Shown piece by piece: positions 50,078-62,384 of a DNA stretch of 64,000 nucleotides; within the stretch, counting starts at the first letter, position 1; the number at the start of each line of letters is the position of its first letter. Origin of the DNA: Candidatus Multivoradales bacterium. Lineage in GTDB: Bacteria; Acidobacteriota; Thermoanaerobaculia; Multivoradales; Multivoraceae. The notes beneath the pieces were generated by a model that saw nothing but the letters and a program-made list of their open reading frames with translations, was not told the origin of the DNA and did no database searches. The stretch is taken from the NCBI GenBank assembly GCA_965223325.1, contig CBDCWI010000002.1:416001-480000 (forward strand), written 5' to 3'. The position numbers and the translations under genes are program-made.

Positions 50078-53000
50078 TCAGCCTGGGGCGCCATCCGCGT
50101 CGCCTGCGATTTCGGCCCCTTGCGACTCTTCGGAGGGCGACGTTTCGGAGGGCGTCTCACCGGCGGCCGGTTCGGCTTCCGGGAAGAGAGACACCTGAAC
50201 GTACCGGTCCTCATTCAGATAGCGGCGCGCTGCCTGCGCAATCGCTTCGGCATCGAGACCGCTGACGCGGTCCTCGTAGCTGAGAATCTCGAGCGGGTCC
50301 AGCTGGTGTTCGAAGTAGAACGCCAGCGACCGGAGCCAGAAGCCGTTGGTGCGCACTGCGGTCTCACGCTCGCGCCGCATCTGTTCCTTGATCTTGGTGA
50401 GCTCGAGTTCTGTCGCCGGATCTTTCTTGAGCTTGTCGATCTGATCGAACATGGCCTCGGTCAAGACCTCGAGCTTCTCCGGGTCGGCGGCGAAACCGAT
50501 CGACACCGAGTAGGTCGTCCTGGGGCGCAGCTGACTGCTGGAGTTCACTCCTACCCCATAGGTTCCGCCGAGCTCCTCCCGCAGCACTTCGCGCAGGCGC
50601 GTCTCGAGCAGAGTCGCCATGGCACTCAGTTCGAAGCGGTTCTCGACCGACTGTTCGAACGGACCATGAAAGACCAGGCGTAGGAGACTCTTCGGTTCGA
50701 TGCCGCGCTCGACCGTGCGCACGACCACCCCATCGGGTCTTTCGATACCGATGTCGCGCCAGGTCTCCTCGCGCCCGGTCGAGGGCAGGCCGCCAAGGTA
50801 CGTGGTCACCAGCGGCTCGATGCTCTCCAGGTTGAACGCACCGACAATCACGAAAGTGAAGTCCGAGAAGTCTCTAAAGCGCTCCTTGTAGACCCGGCAG
50901 GCAGTGTCGAGGTCCAGGTCGTCGACACTCTCAATGGTCATCGGCTGGCGGCGCGGGTGGTCGCCGCCCAGAGCGCGCACCAGCTCGCGAGAAAACCAGG
51001 TGCCCGGCTGCTTCTCCTGGTTCTCGAGCGCCGCGCGCAAGCGCACCTGAAACGACGCGAAGGCCTTCTCGTCGCAGCGGGGCGCGGTGCCGTAGAGATA
51101 GGCGAGCTGGAACATCAGCTCGAGATCCTCCGGCGAGGCTCCGCCCTGCATGCCCTCGCTCAATTCACCGATGTAGGGCGAGACGCCCGCGGCTGTGCCT
51201 GCAAGGGCCTTCTGCAACTGAATCACGTCGAGGTCGGCCAGGCCACCCATCGTCACCATGCTCGAGGCATTGCTCGCCGACATGAAGTCGAGGTCGCCCA
51301 CCAGGGAATGGCCGCCGGGGCTGAAGGCGCTGAACGTCACCTGGTCGTTCTTGAAGTCGGTGGTCTTCAAGATCACTCTCACGCCGTTGCCCAACGTCCA
51401 GATGTCGACATCGAGCGCGTCGATGCGCTGACGTTCGGTGATCTCCGAACCGGTCGGCGGGGTCGGCAGAAGCTCACCGTCGTGAACCCGGTCGACGTAG
51501 GGCTCGACCTCCGTCGCCTCGACCCGCTCGAAGGTCCGCAGAAGCTCTTCCTCGGTGGGCGGGACGAGACTTTCCTTCTCGGGCAGGCTGGCGAGGATCA
51601 CTCGATTCTCGGTTCCCAGGAAGCGACTCGAAAGCGCGTCGACCTCTGCGAGCGTCACCCCTGGTAGGTAGCGGTGGGCGACCTCGCGCTCGATGGCAAT
51701 CCCCGGGTAGGGCTCATTGGTCAGGAAGTTGCGCACATACTCGTCTGCCAGGAGCCTGCTCTCGGTCTTGTCGCGCTCCTCGTAGGCACTGTCATAGAAG
51801 CGCAGGATGTCCTCGCGAGCCCGGTCGAGCTCACCCTGGGTGAAACCGTGACGTCGCGCACGCCGTGCCTCAGTGAGCAGCGCCTCGAGGCCGCGCTGCA
51901 TTCCACCATCGGCAACAGCGGCCGACAGCGAGTATGACCCGGTGTCCGGTGAGAGGGCGCCCTCCGAAGAGAACGCCCCGAGGTATGGCGGGTCGGTCTC
52001 CTGGACGCGCTCGGCGAGGCGACCGTTGAGCATGCTCGACCAGATGGTCTCGACCAGCGACTCGCGGTACTCGGCGACCGAGGCGCTCTCGCGCTCGGGG
52101 AATTTGTAGTTGATCGAGATGGTCGAGCGCGTCAGTTCGGGATCGGTCACCACAGACACCAGCGTCTCTTCGTGCGACGGTACGGTGGCCAGAAAGCGCT
52201 CGCGCGGCTCCGGCGGGTTCTCGAGCGGCTCGAAGAGGTCTCGGATGCGCCGTTCGATGCCATCGGGGTCGAAGTCGCCAACCGCAACGATGGCCATCAA
52301 TTCGGGCCGATACCAGTCGTCGTAGAAGCGTCGGAGGACCTCGGGTTCGAAGGCCTCGAGGATCTCTCTTTGCCCGATCGGTAGCCGGTCGGCGTAGCGC
52401 GAGTGGTGGAAGATGAGCGGAAACTGTTTGTCGCGAACGCGTGCACCGGCTCCACGGCCGAGCCGCCACTCCTCGATGACAACGCCGCGTTCTTTCTCGA
52501 TCTCCTCGGGGTCGAGGCTGAGGCCCGATGCCCAATCGGCGAGGATCAGGAAACCACGGTCGAGGATTCCTTCGTCGTCGGTCGGAATCTGGAGCATGTA
52601 GACCGTTTCGTCGAACGAAGTGTAGGCGTTGAGGTCCGGCCCGAAGCGCATGCCGATGGACTCGAGGTAGTCGACCAATTCCTGCTTCTCGAAGTTCTCG
52701 GTGCCGTTGAAGGCCATGTGCTCGAGAAAATGCGCCAGTCCCTGTTGGTCGTCGTCTTCGAGAATCGAACCCGCTTTGATCGCCAGGCGTAGCTCGGCGC
52801 GTGCGCGCGGCCGCGGGTTGGTTCGAATGTAGTACTCGAGTCCGTTTGTGAGGCTGCCCCGTCGCACCGCCGGGTCGCTCTTCATGTTGTCGTCGAGCTC
52901 GAGGCCCGGCGTCGGGGTGGCGAACTCGGGAGGCTCGGAGGGGGCGGCCGTCGGAGCCTCTGCAGCCGATTGCTGCGCGGCTGGCACGGCAACTTCCGAC

Positions 53001-53146
53001 GGAACCGCCACTTCGCCACCCCCGATCGTCGCGCAGCCGGAGAGGACCAATGAAAGCGCACCGGCCAGAGCGAGAGCGGAAACCGCCTGGCACGGGCGAT
53101 TGGAGCGGCCAGAAAGTCGAATCGAAAGGGAAAGAAGCTGGTGCAT
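50078..53146 (-). CDS. M16 family zinc peptidase (PqqL-like), lipoprotein
   Basis: GLAHFLEH (HxxEH), NAYTSFDETVY, LRE.LREELGGTYGV; lipobox LSG-C. Confidence 0.92.
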   Translation of the reverse strand: MHQLLSLSIRLSGRSNRPCQAVSALALAGALSLVLSGCATIGGGEVAVPSEVAVPAAQQSAAEAPTAAPSEPPEFATPTPGLELDDNMKSDPAVRRGSLTNGLEYYIRTNPRPRARAELRLAIKAGSILEDDDQQGLAHFLEHMAFNGTENFEKQELVDYLESIGMRFGPDLNAYTSFDETVYMLQIPTDDEGILDRGFLILADWASGLSLDPEEIEKERGVVIEEWRLGRGAGARVRDKQFPLIFHHSRYADRLPIGQREILEAFEPEVLRRFYDDWYRPELMAIVAVGDFDPDGIERRIRDLFEPLENPPEPRERFLATVPSHEETLVSVVTDPELTRSTISINYKFPERESASVAEYRESLVETIWSSMLNGRLAERVQETDPPYLGAFSSEGALSPDTGSYSLSAAVADGGMQRGLEALLTEARRARRHGFTQGELDRAREDILRFYDSAYEERDKTESRLLADEYVRNFLTNEPYPGIAIEREVAHRYLPGVTLAEVDALSSRFLGTENRVILASLPEKESLVPPTEEELLRTFERVEATEVEPYVDRVHDGELLPTPPTGSEITERQRIDALDVDIWTLGNGVRVILKTTDFKNDQVTFSAFSPGGHSLVGDLDFMSASNASSMVTMGGLADLDVIQLQKALAGTAAGVSPYIGELSEGMQGGASPEDLELMFQLAYLYGTAPRCDEKAFASFQVRLRAALENQEKQPGTWFSRELVRALGGDHPRRQPMTIESVDDLDLDTACRVYKERFRDFSDFTFVIVGAFNLESIEPLVTTYLGGLPSTGREETWRDIGIERPDGVVVRTVERGIEPKSLLRLVFHGPFEQSVENRFELSAMATLLETRLREVLREELGGTYGVGVNSSSQLRPRTTYSVSIGFAADPEKLEVLTEAMFDQIDKLKKDPATELELTKIKEQMRRERETAVRTNGFWLRSLAFYFEHQLDPLEILSYEDRVSGLDAEAIAQAARRYLNEDRYVQVSLFPEAEPAAGETPSETSPSEESQGAEIAGDADGAPG

Positions 53147-53244
53147 GAAATCTCCAGGTTTGGCCGAGGATACCGATCCAACCGCCTCGACGGGATTGCC
53201 GTTGGGAAAGTCGTCCCGCTATGGCCCTAACAACCGATATCCTC

Positions 53245-53997
53245 ATGACCATGGCACAGACCGCGGCGGCGCTCGTCATTGGTACGGAGATTCTGACCGG
53301 GAAGATCCAGGAGACCAATGTCCACCGGCTCGCCCAGGAGCTGTTCCGCCTCGGCATCGAGCTCAAGCGGGTGGTCGTTTGCCCAGACGACATCGAAACG
53401 ATCGCACGAGATATCGACCAGCTGCGGCGCGAGTTCGACTGGTTGTTCACCAGTGGCGGCGTGGGACCCACACACGACGACGTCACCCTCGAGGCGGTTG
53501 CTCGAGCGTTCGACTGCCAGGTCGTCGAGTCTCCCGAGTTGGTCGAGAAGATTCGCGACTTCGTCGGCGAGGGGGCCTGGAACGAAGGCCATCAGCGGAT
53601 GTCCGTCATTCCGGAGGGCGCCAAGCTCCTCGCTTCGCCCGAGGTGCCGTGGCCGACCGTGGTGATGGCCAACGTCTATGTGCTGCCGGGACTGCCGCGG
53701 GTCTTCGAGATGAAGATGCAGCTGGTGCGACAGGAGCTGGTGGGCGACACGCCGTTCCTCAGCCGGGCGGTCTACACCCAGTGCCGCGAGAGTGAACTCG
53801 CGACGACACTGACGACCCTCGCCGAGCAGCACGACCAGGTCTCGCTGGGCAGCTACCCGGTGTGGGGCGACAAGCGCTACCGCGTCAAGCTGACGGTCGA
53901 TGGACGCGACGAGGCGGCAGTCGAACGGGCGGTCGAAGCGATTCGCGAGGCACTGCCATCGGAGCAGGTGGTTCCGGCGCCGGATGAGCCTCTGTAG
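53245..53997 (+). CDS. CinA N-terminal-like / MoCF-binding domain protein (competence/damage-inducible A family)
   Basis: IGTEILTGKIQETN, SGGVGPTHDDVT, LPGLP; no PncC domain. Confidence 0.85.
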   Translation: MTMAQTAAALVIGTEILTGKIQETNVHRLAQELFRLGIELKRVVVCPDDIETIARDIDQLRREFDWLFTSGGVGPTHDDVTLEAVARAFDCQVVESPELVEKIRDFVGEGAWNEGHQRMSVIPEGAKLLASPEVPWPTVVMANVYVLPGLPRVFEMKMQLVRQELVGDTPFLSRAVYTQCRESELATTLTTLAEQHDQVSLGSYPVWGDKRYRVKLTVDGRDEAAVERAVEAIREALPSEQVVPAPDEPL

Positions 53998-54080
53998 GCG
54001 CGATCGCGTTGCGCTGCGGCCCGCGCGGCTCGCGGTATCGTGGCGGCCGAAGCGCAACAACCCCTAGAGAGGACTCCGCC

Positions 54081-54878
54081 ATGAGCTCCGATCTCCTCCT
54101 CGTCGACCGCAGCGAGCCGATCGTTCGCATCACTCTCAACAACCCGGAACAGCGTAACGCCATGCCACCCGAGATGGGCATAGCGCTCACCGAGGCGGTG
54201 CAGGAGATCAACGCCGACCGGAAGGCGCGTGTGGTCGTCGTGCGCGGCGCGGGCCGAGCGTTCAGCGCGGGCGGCAACCTCGACAACCTCGAGGCCGAAA
54301 CCCGCGGCGAGCGCGAGCGTGAGGCGGGCGGTCTCGGAGGCGGTGCCCGCTTCTACCGTCTTTTTCTCTCGATTCGAGATCTCGAAGTGCCGACGATCGC
54401 CGCGGTCAACGGCCACGCGGTGGGCGCAGGTCTCTGTTTCGCTCTCGCCCACGACCTGCGCGTGATCCATGAACGCGCCAAGCTCGGCGTGACATTCACG
54501 CGCCTGGGAATCCATCCCGGTATGGCGGCCACCTGGACCCTGCCCCGCCTCATCGGCTCCTCACGCGCTGCGGACCTCCTCTACACGGGGCGCCTGATCA
54601 CTGCGCAAGAAGCGTTGGAGATGGGCATCGCCAATCGCATCGGCGGTGACGATGACTTCGACGCAACGGTCAACGAACTCGCGGAACGAATCGCCGGCTC
54701 GGGTCCGGTCGCCGTCCGCGGAGTCAAAGAAACCCTCCGCGGCACCTTCGATCGCACCATCGACGACGCCCTCGAGCGCGAAGGCGCAGTCCAAGCCCGT
54801 ACGTTCACGACTGACGATGCAAAGGAGGGCATCGCGGCGATCAAGGCCAGGAGGGAACCTGAGTTCAAGGGCCGCTAG
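54081..54878 (+). CDS. Enoyl-CoA hydratase/isomerase family protein
   Basis: LNNPEQRNA, FSAGGNL, PTIAAVNGHAVGAG, LGIHPGM; GAGGA RBS. Confidence 0.92.
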   Translation: MSSDLLLVDRSEPIVRITLNNPEQRNAMPPEMGIALTEAVQEINADRKARVVVVRGAGRAFSAGGNLDNLEAETRGEREREAGGLGGGARFYRLFLSIRDLEVPTIAAVNGHAVGAGLCFALAHDLRVIHERAKLGVTFTRLGIHPGMAATWTLPRLIGSSRAADLLYTGRLITAQEALEMGIANRIGGDDDFDATVNELAERIAGSGPVAVRGVKETLRGTFDRTIDDALEREGAVQARTFTTDDAKEGIAAIKARREPEFKGR

Positions 54879-54941
54879 CAGCGCGAGCGCCCCCCTGCCG
54901 CGTCACACCCCCGAGATTTCCCAGAACCACCCCAGTCAATT

Positions 54942-55040
54942 GCCCGGGAAACGCCCGGGAAACGCCCGGGAGACGCCCGGGAGACGCCCGGGAGGTGCCC
55001 GGGAGGTGCCCGGGAGGTGCCCGGGAAATGCCCGGGATAC
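54942..55040. repeat. 11-bp tandem repeat x9 (GCCCGGGA-NNN)
   Basis: Units start 54942, 54953, 54964, 54975, 54986, 54997, 55008, 55019, 55030. Confidence 0.95.
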
Positions 55041-55058
55041 CTGGATAGAATCCGACCT

Positions 55059-55625
55059 ATGAATCTCTCCTTTACCCCATTGGCTCGCAAGAACATCCTG
55101 CTCGCCATGGAAGACGAAGAACGCGCCGAGCTCGCGGTTCGTGTCGCCATCACCGGACGCCGAGGTCCAGGTGGCTTCCAGTACCGCATGGACCTGGTTG
55201 GCATGGATGAACGCGCGGATGATGATCTGGTCGTCGATCTCGGTGACTTCAAGGCCTTCGTAGATCCCGAGAGTGCGCCTGATCTGGAAGGCGCCTCGAT
55301 CGACTTCGTCCAGAAGCTCAACGAGGCAGGCTTTCGCTTCAACAACCCCAACTCGCCCTGGGACTCGCCCATCGCCGCCGAAGTGCAGAAGGTGATTGAT
55401 GACCGCATCAACCCCTCGATCGCGTCACACGGTGGTTTCATCACGCTGCTCGACGTCAAGGAGAACGACGTCTACTTGCAGATGGGCGGGGGTTGTCAGG
55501 GCTGCGGCCAGGCCGACGTGACATTGAAGCTTGGGGTCGAAGAAATGATTCGTGAGGCCGTGCCGCAGGTCGAGAACATTTTCGACACCACCGACCACGC
55601 AGCAGGTGCCAACCCCTACTACTGA
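55059..55625 (+). CDS. nfuA: Fe-S biogenesis protein NfuA
   Basis: Degenerate A-type carrier N-domain (LEGASIDFV...GFRFNNPN) plus NifU-C domain INPSIASHGG...GGGCQGCG...DTTDHAAGANPYY. Confidence 0.9.
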   Translation: MNLSFTPLARKNILLAMEDEERAELAVRVAITGRRGPGGFQYRMDLVGMDERADDDLVVDLGDFKAFVDPESAPDLEGASIDFVQKLNEAGFRFNNPNSPWDSPIAAEVQKVIDDRINPSIASHGGFITLLDVKENDVYLQMGGGCQGCGQADVTLKLGVEEMIREAVPQVENIFDTTDHAAGANPYY

Positions 55626-55646
55626 CCCTTCGCACAAAGGCCAACG

Positions 55647-56147
55647 ATGAGCGTTTCCGTCAACGGCATCGCGCACATCCAGCTCACCGTCCGTGATCCC
55701 GAGCGCTGCCTGCCGTTCTGGGAACGGCTGTGTCATTTCCTCGAAATGAAGACGCTCATCAAGTCCGAGAACGTTCTGTACTGCATTGGCAGTCGCACCG
55801 GCATCCTGGTGCGCGGCGCACCGGCTGAGAAGCGTGACCGGGCCTTCGATCAAGACCGTCCGGGTCTCCACCACTTCTGCTTTCGCGCTCGCTCCCGTGA
55901 AGACGTCGACGAGGTCTTTGGCTTCATTGAGTCCGAGCCGGACATCAACGTCGTTCACGGTCCAGAAGACGGCGAACAATTCGCCCCTGGCTATTATTCG
56001 ATTCTTTTCGAGGACCCCGACGGCATTCGGGTCGAGTTCAACTACGTCCCGGGCAAGGGCCATTTCGGGCCCGAGGGCCGCCTGGGAGGCGGCAAAGGCC
56101 CCGCCGATCGCTACGGCGAAGACGGCCTCACCGACACGAGCAGCTGA
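55647..56147 (+). CDS. VOC/glyoxalase family protein
   Basis: GIAHIQLTV, GLHHFCFRA, YYSILFEDPDGIRVE. Confidence 0.88.
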   Translation: MSVSVNGIAHIQLTVRDPERCLPFWERLCHFLEMKTLIKSENVLYCIGSRTGILVRGAPAEKRDRAFDQDRPGLHHFCFRARSREDVDEVFGFIESEPDINVVHGPEDGEQFAPGYYSILFEDPDGIRVEFNYVPGKGHFGPEGRLGGGKGPADRYGEDGLTDTSS

Positions 56148-56181
56148 ACCAAGCGCCAGCGAACCCCCGCCCAGCTTGGCA

Positions 56182-56290
56182 TGAAAGTGTCTGACACCCG
56201 TCGTGACACCCGTCGTGACCCCTCGTCTTGAAAGCGTCTGACACCTTCTGACCCCCTTCGGACCCGTCGTGCGTGAAAGTGTCTGACACC
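56182..56290. repeat. Three 17-bp direct repeats with internal palindrome (TGAAAGTGTCTGACACC)
   Basis: Copies at 56182, 56229 (one mismatch), 56274; spacers carry GACACCCGTCGT-like sub-repeats. Confidence 0.85.
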
Positions 56291-56425
56291 TTGGGCGCTT
56301 TGGGGGATGGCACGCCCTCGCGGTACGTTCTCGGCTAGGCCTCGCCTTTCAATTAAACCTCGTTTTTCATTAGAATCTGACTTCCGAGGTCCTCTTCTCC
56401 TCGGGAAATGTCCGGAGGGATTTCA

Positions 56426-57823
56426 ATGCGATGCACCAACTCACGGCTGATCCGGCTCTTCCTTTTCGTCGGCTGCCTGGCTTGGACCGGCTCGGTTGTG
56501 GCGCAACCGGGGGCTCTCGACACATCGTTCGGCGACGGCGGCACCGCCGCTGTGTCATCGCCAGACCCAGCTGCCTTTGGTTTTGCCTATGGCTACGATG
56601 TCGTCGAAACAGCAGACCGTCGTTTGATCGTCGCCGGTTCGGTCGAAGTCAAGAACCTGGACGGTGAGGTCTCAGGTCGTGCCGTGGCGCTGGCCAAGCT
56701 CACCGAAGACGGGTTGCTCGATCCGGACTTCGGTACTGGCGGTCTCGTCACCCACGACATTTCACCCGGCTTCTTCGACCAGCTCTTCGACATCGCCCTC
56801 CTACCCGACGGCAAGATCATCGCCTGCGGCACCGCCTTCCACAACCAGCAGGACATCCTGCTGGCGCGCTTCCATGCCGACGGTCGTCTTGATCGCCGTT
56901 TCGGCGACAACGGCGTTGTGGTGACGCACATCCAGGAAGGCGAGAACGCATTCAGTCTGGCAGTCCAGGAGAACGGACGCATCGTGATCGCGGGCGCCAC
57001 CAAAGCGACGTCGGACAATCGTTTCGATTTCGTCGTCGCTCGCTACCGCTCCTCCGGCAAGCTCGATCGTAAGTTCGCCGACGGCGGTATGTTCATTGAC
57101 GACTTCGGCTTCGGCGACGCCACGGCTCGCAAGGTCATGGTCCAGGCAGACGGCAAGATCGTCGTCGCCGGTGACGCCGGAGAGCCGGCGCCACCCTATC
57201 CACGGGAAATGGTGGCCCTTCGCCTGCGGGGAAACGGCTCCCTCGACCGTAGGTTCGGCGAGGGTGGCCTGGTAGTGATCGACTTCACAGGCAAGCGCGA
57301 CTTCACCTCCGCGCTCGCCATCGACGACAGCGGCCGCATCCTGGTCGGCGGCCAGGCAGAGAACGGTGAGGCCAACAACTGGGACATCGCCATCACACGC
57401 CTCAAGACCAACGGACGATTCGATCGCACGTTCGGTGACCGGGGGCGCAGACTGATCGACCTGCAGAGCAAGACCGAAGCGGCGAGCGGGCTCCAACTCG
57501 AAAAGCGCGGCAAGATCCTGGTCGGTGGCTGGGTCGCCTCGGCAGAGGGCACCGCCTGCAACGGCCAGGGCCGAGACACGCACTGCGACCTCGCCGTCAT
57601 GCGACTGCGCAACAACGGCGATCTCGACCCCAACTTCGGCGTCGGTGGATGGCAAACAACAGATGTCAACGGCCACTGGGACCGCAACTTCGGCATGATC
57701 ATCGACAGCAGAAGGCGCATCGTGCTCGCCGGTACCACCACCACCGGCGCACCCAACAACTTCCCCATCGCCGAGGACTCGGCGATGTTGGTGGCGCGCT
57801 TCTTCACTCGTAGGGCGCACTAG
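56426..57823 (+). CDS. Secreted delta-60 repeat (DUF5122-like) beta-propeller protein
   Basis: GGAGG RBS; signal peptide; repeats G.LD..FG..G and DGKIVVAG. Confidence 0.88.
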   Translation: MRCTNSRLIRLFLFVGCLAWTGSVVAQPGALDTSFGDGGTAAVSSPDPAAFGFAYGYDVVETADRRLIVAGSVEVKNLDGEVSGRAVALAKLTEDGLLDPDFGTGGLVTHDISPGFFDQLFDIALLPDGKIIACGTAFHNQQDILLARFHADGRLDRRFGDNGVVVTHIQEGENAFSLAVQENGRIVIAGATKATSDNRFDFVVARYRSSGKLDRKFADGGMFIDDFGFGDATARKVMVQADGKIVVAGDAGEPAPPYPREMVALRLRGNGSLDRRFGEGGLVVIDFTGKRDFTSALAIDDSGRILVGGQAENGEANNWDIAITRLKTNGRFDRTFGDRGRRLIDLQSKTEAASGLQLEKRGKILVGGWVASAEGTACNGQGRDTHCDLAVMRLRNNGDLDPNFGVGGWQTTDVNGHWDRNFGMIIDSRRRIVLAGTTTTGAPNNFPIAEDSAMLVARFFTRRAH

Positions 57824-57837
57824 CAGAGCGCCTCAGG

Positions 57838-58188
57838 TCAGCCCTTGACCGTCCAGCCGCGGCGTGTGAGCTCGGCGCGTAGCGCGGCGCGCTGGTCGCC
57901 TTGCATTTCGATGTGACGTGCGCCGTGGGTGCCACCGGTGCCGCAGCGTGCCTTGAGCTCCTTGGCGAGGCTACGCAGGAACGACGGGTTGGCTGGCAGC
58001 CCTTCGATCATCGTGAGCGTCTTTCCCCTACGCCCCTTCTTATCGAGGCGCAAGCTCACCGCGAGCTGATCGGGAACTTCCTCGGGCGCAGCCGATTGGC
58101 TGCAGGAGCATCGCCTCTCCGGCTGCCCACAGCGCGGGCACATCGTTCCGCACTCCGTGGAGTAGGTGAGTCTTCCGCGGCGAGCCAT
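57838..58188 (-). CDS. yciH: SUI1/eIF1-like translation initiation factor YciH
   Basis: LTYSTE, KGRRGK.LT.IEGL, LK.RCGTGGT, IEMQGDQR. Confidence 0.88.
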   Translation of the reverse strand: MARRGRLTYSTECGTMCPRCGQPERRCSCSQSAAPEEVPDQLAVSLRLDKKGRRGKTLTMIEGLPANPSFLRSLAKELKARCGTGGTHGARHIEMQGDQRAALRAELTRRGWTVKG

Positions 58189-58280
58189 GGGGCCTCCTGG
58201 TCGTTGCTCGTTCTGGCGCTTGCGGGGTACGCACGACTATTGTGTCGCAGGCGCTGGCAACCGACCGCGAAGCGATCACG

Positions 58281-59012
58281 ATGACCGATTCCCCACCGCG
58301 ACATCAAAACGACATCTACGCCGACCTGAGCGAAGACTCCGGGAACCCCGCGATTCCGGCGGCGACCGTCGTGCTCTTGCGTGACGCTCCGTCAGGTCCT
58401 GAGGCCTTGATGTTGCGCAAGAACTCCAAGATCGCCTTCGGCGGCATGTGGGTCTTCCCCGGCGGCCGTATCGACGAAGAGGACTACCCCGCCGACCGAG
58501 ATCTCTTGACTGCAGCACGCAATGCCGCGGCGCGCGAGGCGGCAGAGGAGGCCGGAATCGAGCAGGACCCTACGGACTTCGTATGGTTCTCCCACTGGAG
58601 CCCTCCCCCATCGACGAAGAGGCGCTTCGCGACCTTCTTCTTCGCCGCCCGCGCGGCGTCCAACGAAATCGCAATCGACGGAGGCGAGATCCTCGAGCAC
58701 GTCTGGATCATGCCCGGAGATGCCCTCGACCGCCATCGTAGGGGCGCCATTGATCTGGCGCCGCCCACCTGGGTCACCCTCTTTCACCTCTCGCAACGTC
58801 AACCGACCGCCGAGGTGCTCGAGCACTTCCGAAACCAGACACCACAGGTCTACGAGACTCACATCGCAGAGCGTGCAGACGGGCAGCGTGTCGCCCTGTG
58901 GAAAGGAGACGCCGGCTACCTGGACTGGGACGCCGACGCGGCCGGGGACCGCCACCGGCTCACCCTGGCCCGTGGCGGATTCACCTTCGAGTACCCCCCG
59001 GGAATCTATTGA
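58281..59012 (+). CDS. NUDIX hydrolase
   Basis: AATVVLLRD, FGGMWVFPGG...AAAREAAEEAG Nudix box, RRFATFFF. Confidence 0.88.
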   Translation: MTDSPPRHQNDIYADLSEDSGNPAIPAATVVLLRDAPSGPEALMLRKNSKIAFGGMWVFPGGRIDEEDYPADRDLLTAARNAAAREAAEEAGIEQDPTDFVWFSHWSPPPSTKRRFATFFFAARAASNEIAIDGGEILEHVWIMPGDALDRHRRGAIDLAPPTWVTLFHLSQRQPTAEVLEHFRNQTPQVYETHIAERADGQRVALWKGDAGYLDWDADAAGDRHRLTLARGGFTFEYPPGIY

Positions 59013-59036
59013 TTGCCCATCGAAGACTCGACGAGG

Positions 59037-60152
59037 CTAGAGCCACTTCTTCACGCGAAAGAACACCAACAGCCCCAGGGCGATCAAGACCATCGCCAGG
59101 AGGGTCACCGGATAGGCCCACGCCCATCGCAGCTCGGGCATACTCCAAGGCCCGGCATCGGGGCTGAAATTCATCCCGTAGACGCCGGCGATGAAGGTCA
59201 GCGGAATGAAGATCGAACCAATGATCGTCAACACCTTCATGACCTCGTTGAGCGTCTGACTCACACTCGACAAGTAGAGATGCGCCAGGCTATTGGTGAC
59301 GTCGCGATACGACTCCACCCGATCGACGATCTGCATCGCGTGGTCTGCACAGTCGCGCAGGTAGACCTTGGTCTCCTTACCCAGCAGCTCGTGCTGCTCG
59401 CGCCGCAAGCTGACGATCACATCCCGCAGCGGCCAGGTGGCCCGCAGCACATCGAGCAGATCGCGACGGGTGTCCTGGATGCTCTCCATGTCCTTCTTTT
59501 CGGGATTGGTCAGAATCTTGTCCTCGAGCCGCTCGATGTGCTCGTCGAACGCTTCCAACACCGGGAAGAACTGGTCGATCAAGGTATCGAGAAGCGCATA
59601 GGCGAGATAGTCGGCGCCACGCGTCCGCAGCCGGCTACCCGAGCGCTCGAGCCGCGACCGTACCGGCGCAAAGAGATTTGCCGGTGACTCCTCGATCGAC
59701 ACCACCCACCCGCGACCAAAGAACAGGCTGACCTGCTCGTTCTCCACCCCTTCGACCGCAGAGCTCGTTCTCTCGCTCTGATGGAACGAACGCAGGACGA
59801 CGTAGTGGTGGTCGTCGAACTCGTCGTGCTTGGCACGTTGCTTGGGGTGCACAACATCCTCGAGTGCCAGCGGATGCAAGCCAAAGTGGCGACCGATCTT
59901 CTGAATCGACTCGAAGTCACGAACCCCCTCGGCGTGCAGCCACAGAACCTCGTCACCCCGGCGATCTGCGAGTGCAGGCAGTGCCTCAACCGAGTCGAGG
60001 GTCGTCTCCGACACCCCATCGCGGCTGTAACGACAAAGCCATAGCCGCAGCCCGACAGGCGTTTGCACTTCGCCCTCGCGGGCCAGCTCGAGCGGCGCGA
60101 GTTCGCCGGGCGGATGCCCTGGTTGCCAGGGCACCCGCTCGAGCTTCTTCAT
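59037..60152 (-). CDS. corA: Magnesium/cobalt transporter CorA
   Basis: LHPLALED, QRAK, NEVMKVLT, IAGVYGMNF...MPEL. Confidence 0.95.
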   Translation of the reverse strand: MKKLERVPWQPGHPPGELAPLELAREGEVQTPVGLRLWLCRYSRDGVSETTLDSVEALPALADRRGDEVLWLHAEGVRDFESIQKIGRHFGLHPLALEDVVHPKQRAKHDEFDDHHYVVLRSFHQSERTSSAVEGVENEQVSLFFGRGWVVSIEESPANLFAPVRSRLERSGSRLRTRGADYLAYALLDTLIDQFFPVLEAFDEHIERLEDKILTNPEKKDMESIQDTRRDLLDVLRATWPLRDVIVSLRREQHELLGKETKVYLRDCADHAMQIVDRVESYRDVTNSLAHLYLSSVSQTLNEVMKVLTIIGSIFIPLTFIAGVYGMNFSPDAGPWSMPELRWAWAYPVTLLAMVLIALGLLVFFRVKKWL

Positions 60153-60203
60153 CGATCAGCGTCCGAGGCGAGGCAAGGAGTCACGAACCCTCGCGGGCTC
60201 GAC

Positions 60204-62381
<2,178 letters not shown>

Positions 62382-62384
62382 GGC

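Noticed and set aside
48782-53146. PQQ biosynthesis locus (PqqL/PqqF-like peptidase beside a PQQ-like propeller)
   Set aside because: No pqqA-E; the M16 enzyme is an exported lipoprotein, unlike cytoplasmic PqqF; the names reflect fold only
56182-56290. Possible mini-CRISPR array
   Set aside because: Repeat only 17 bp, spacers are internally repetitive and related to the repeat, no cas genes
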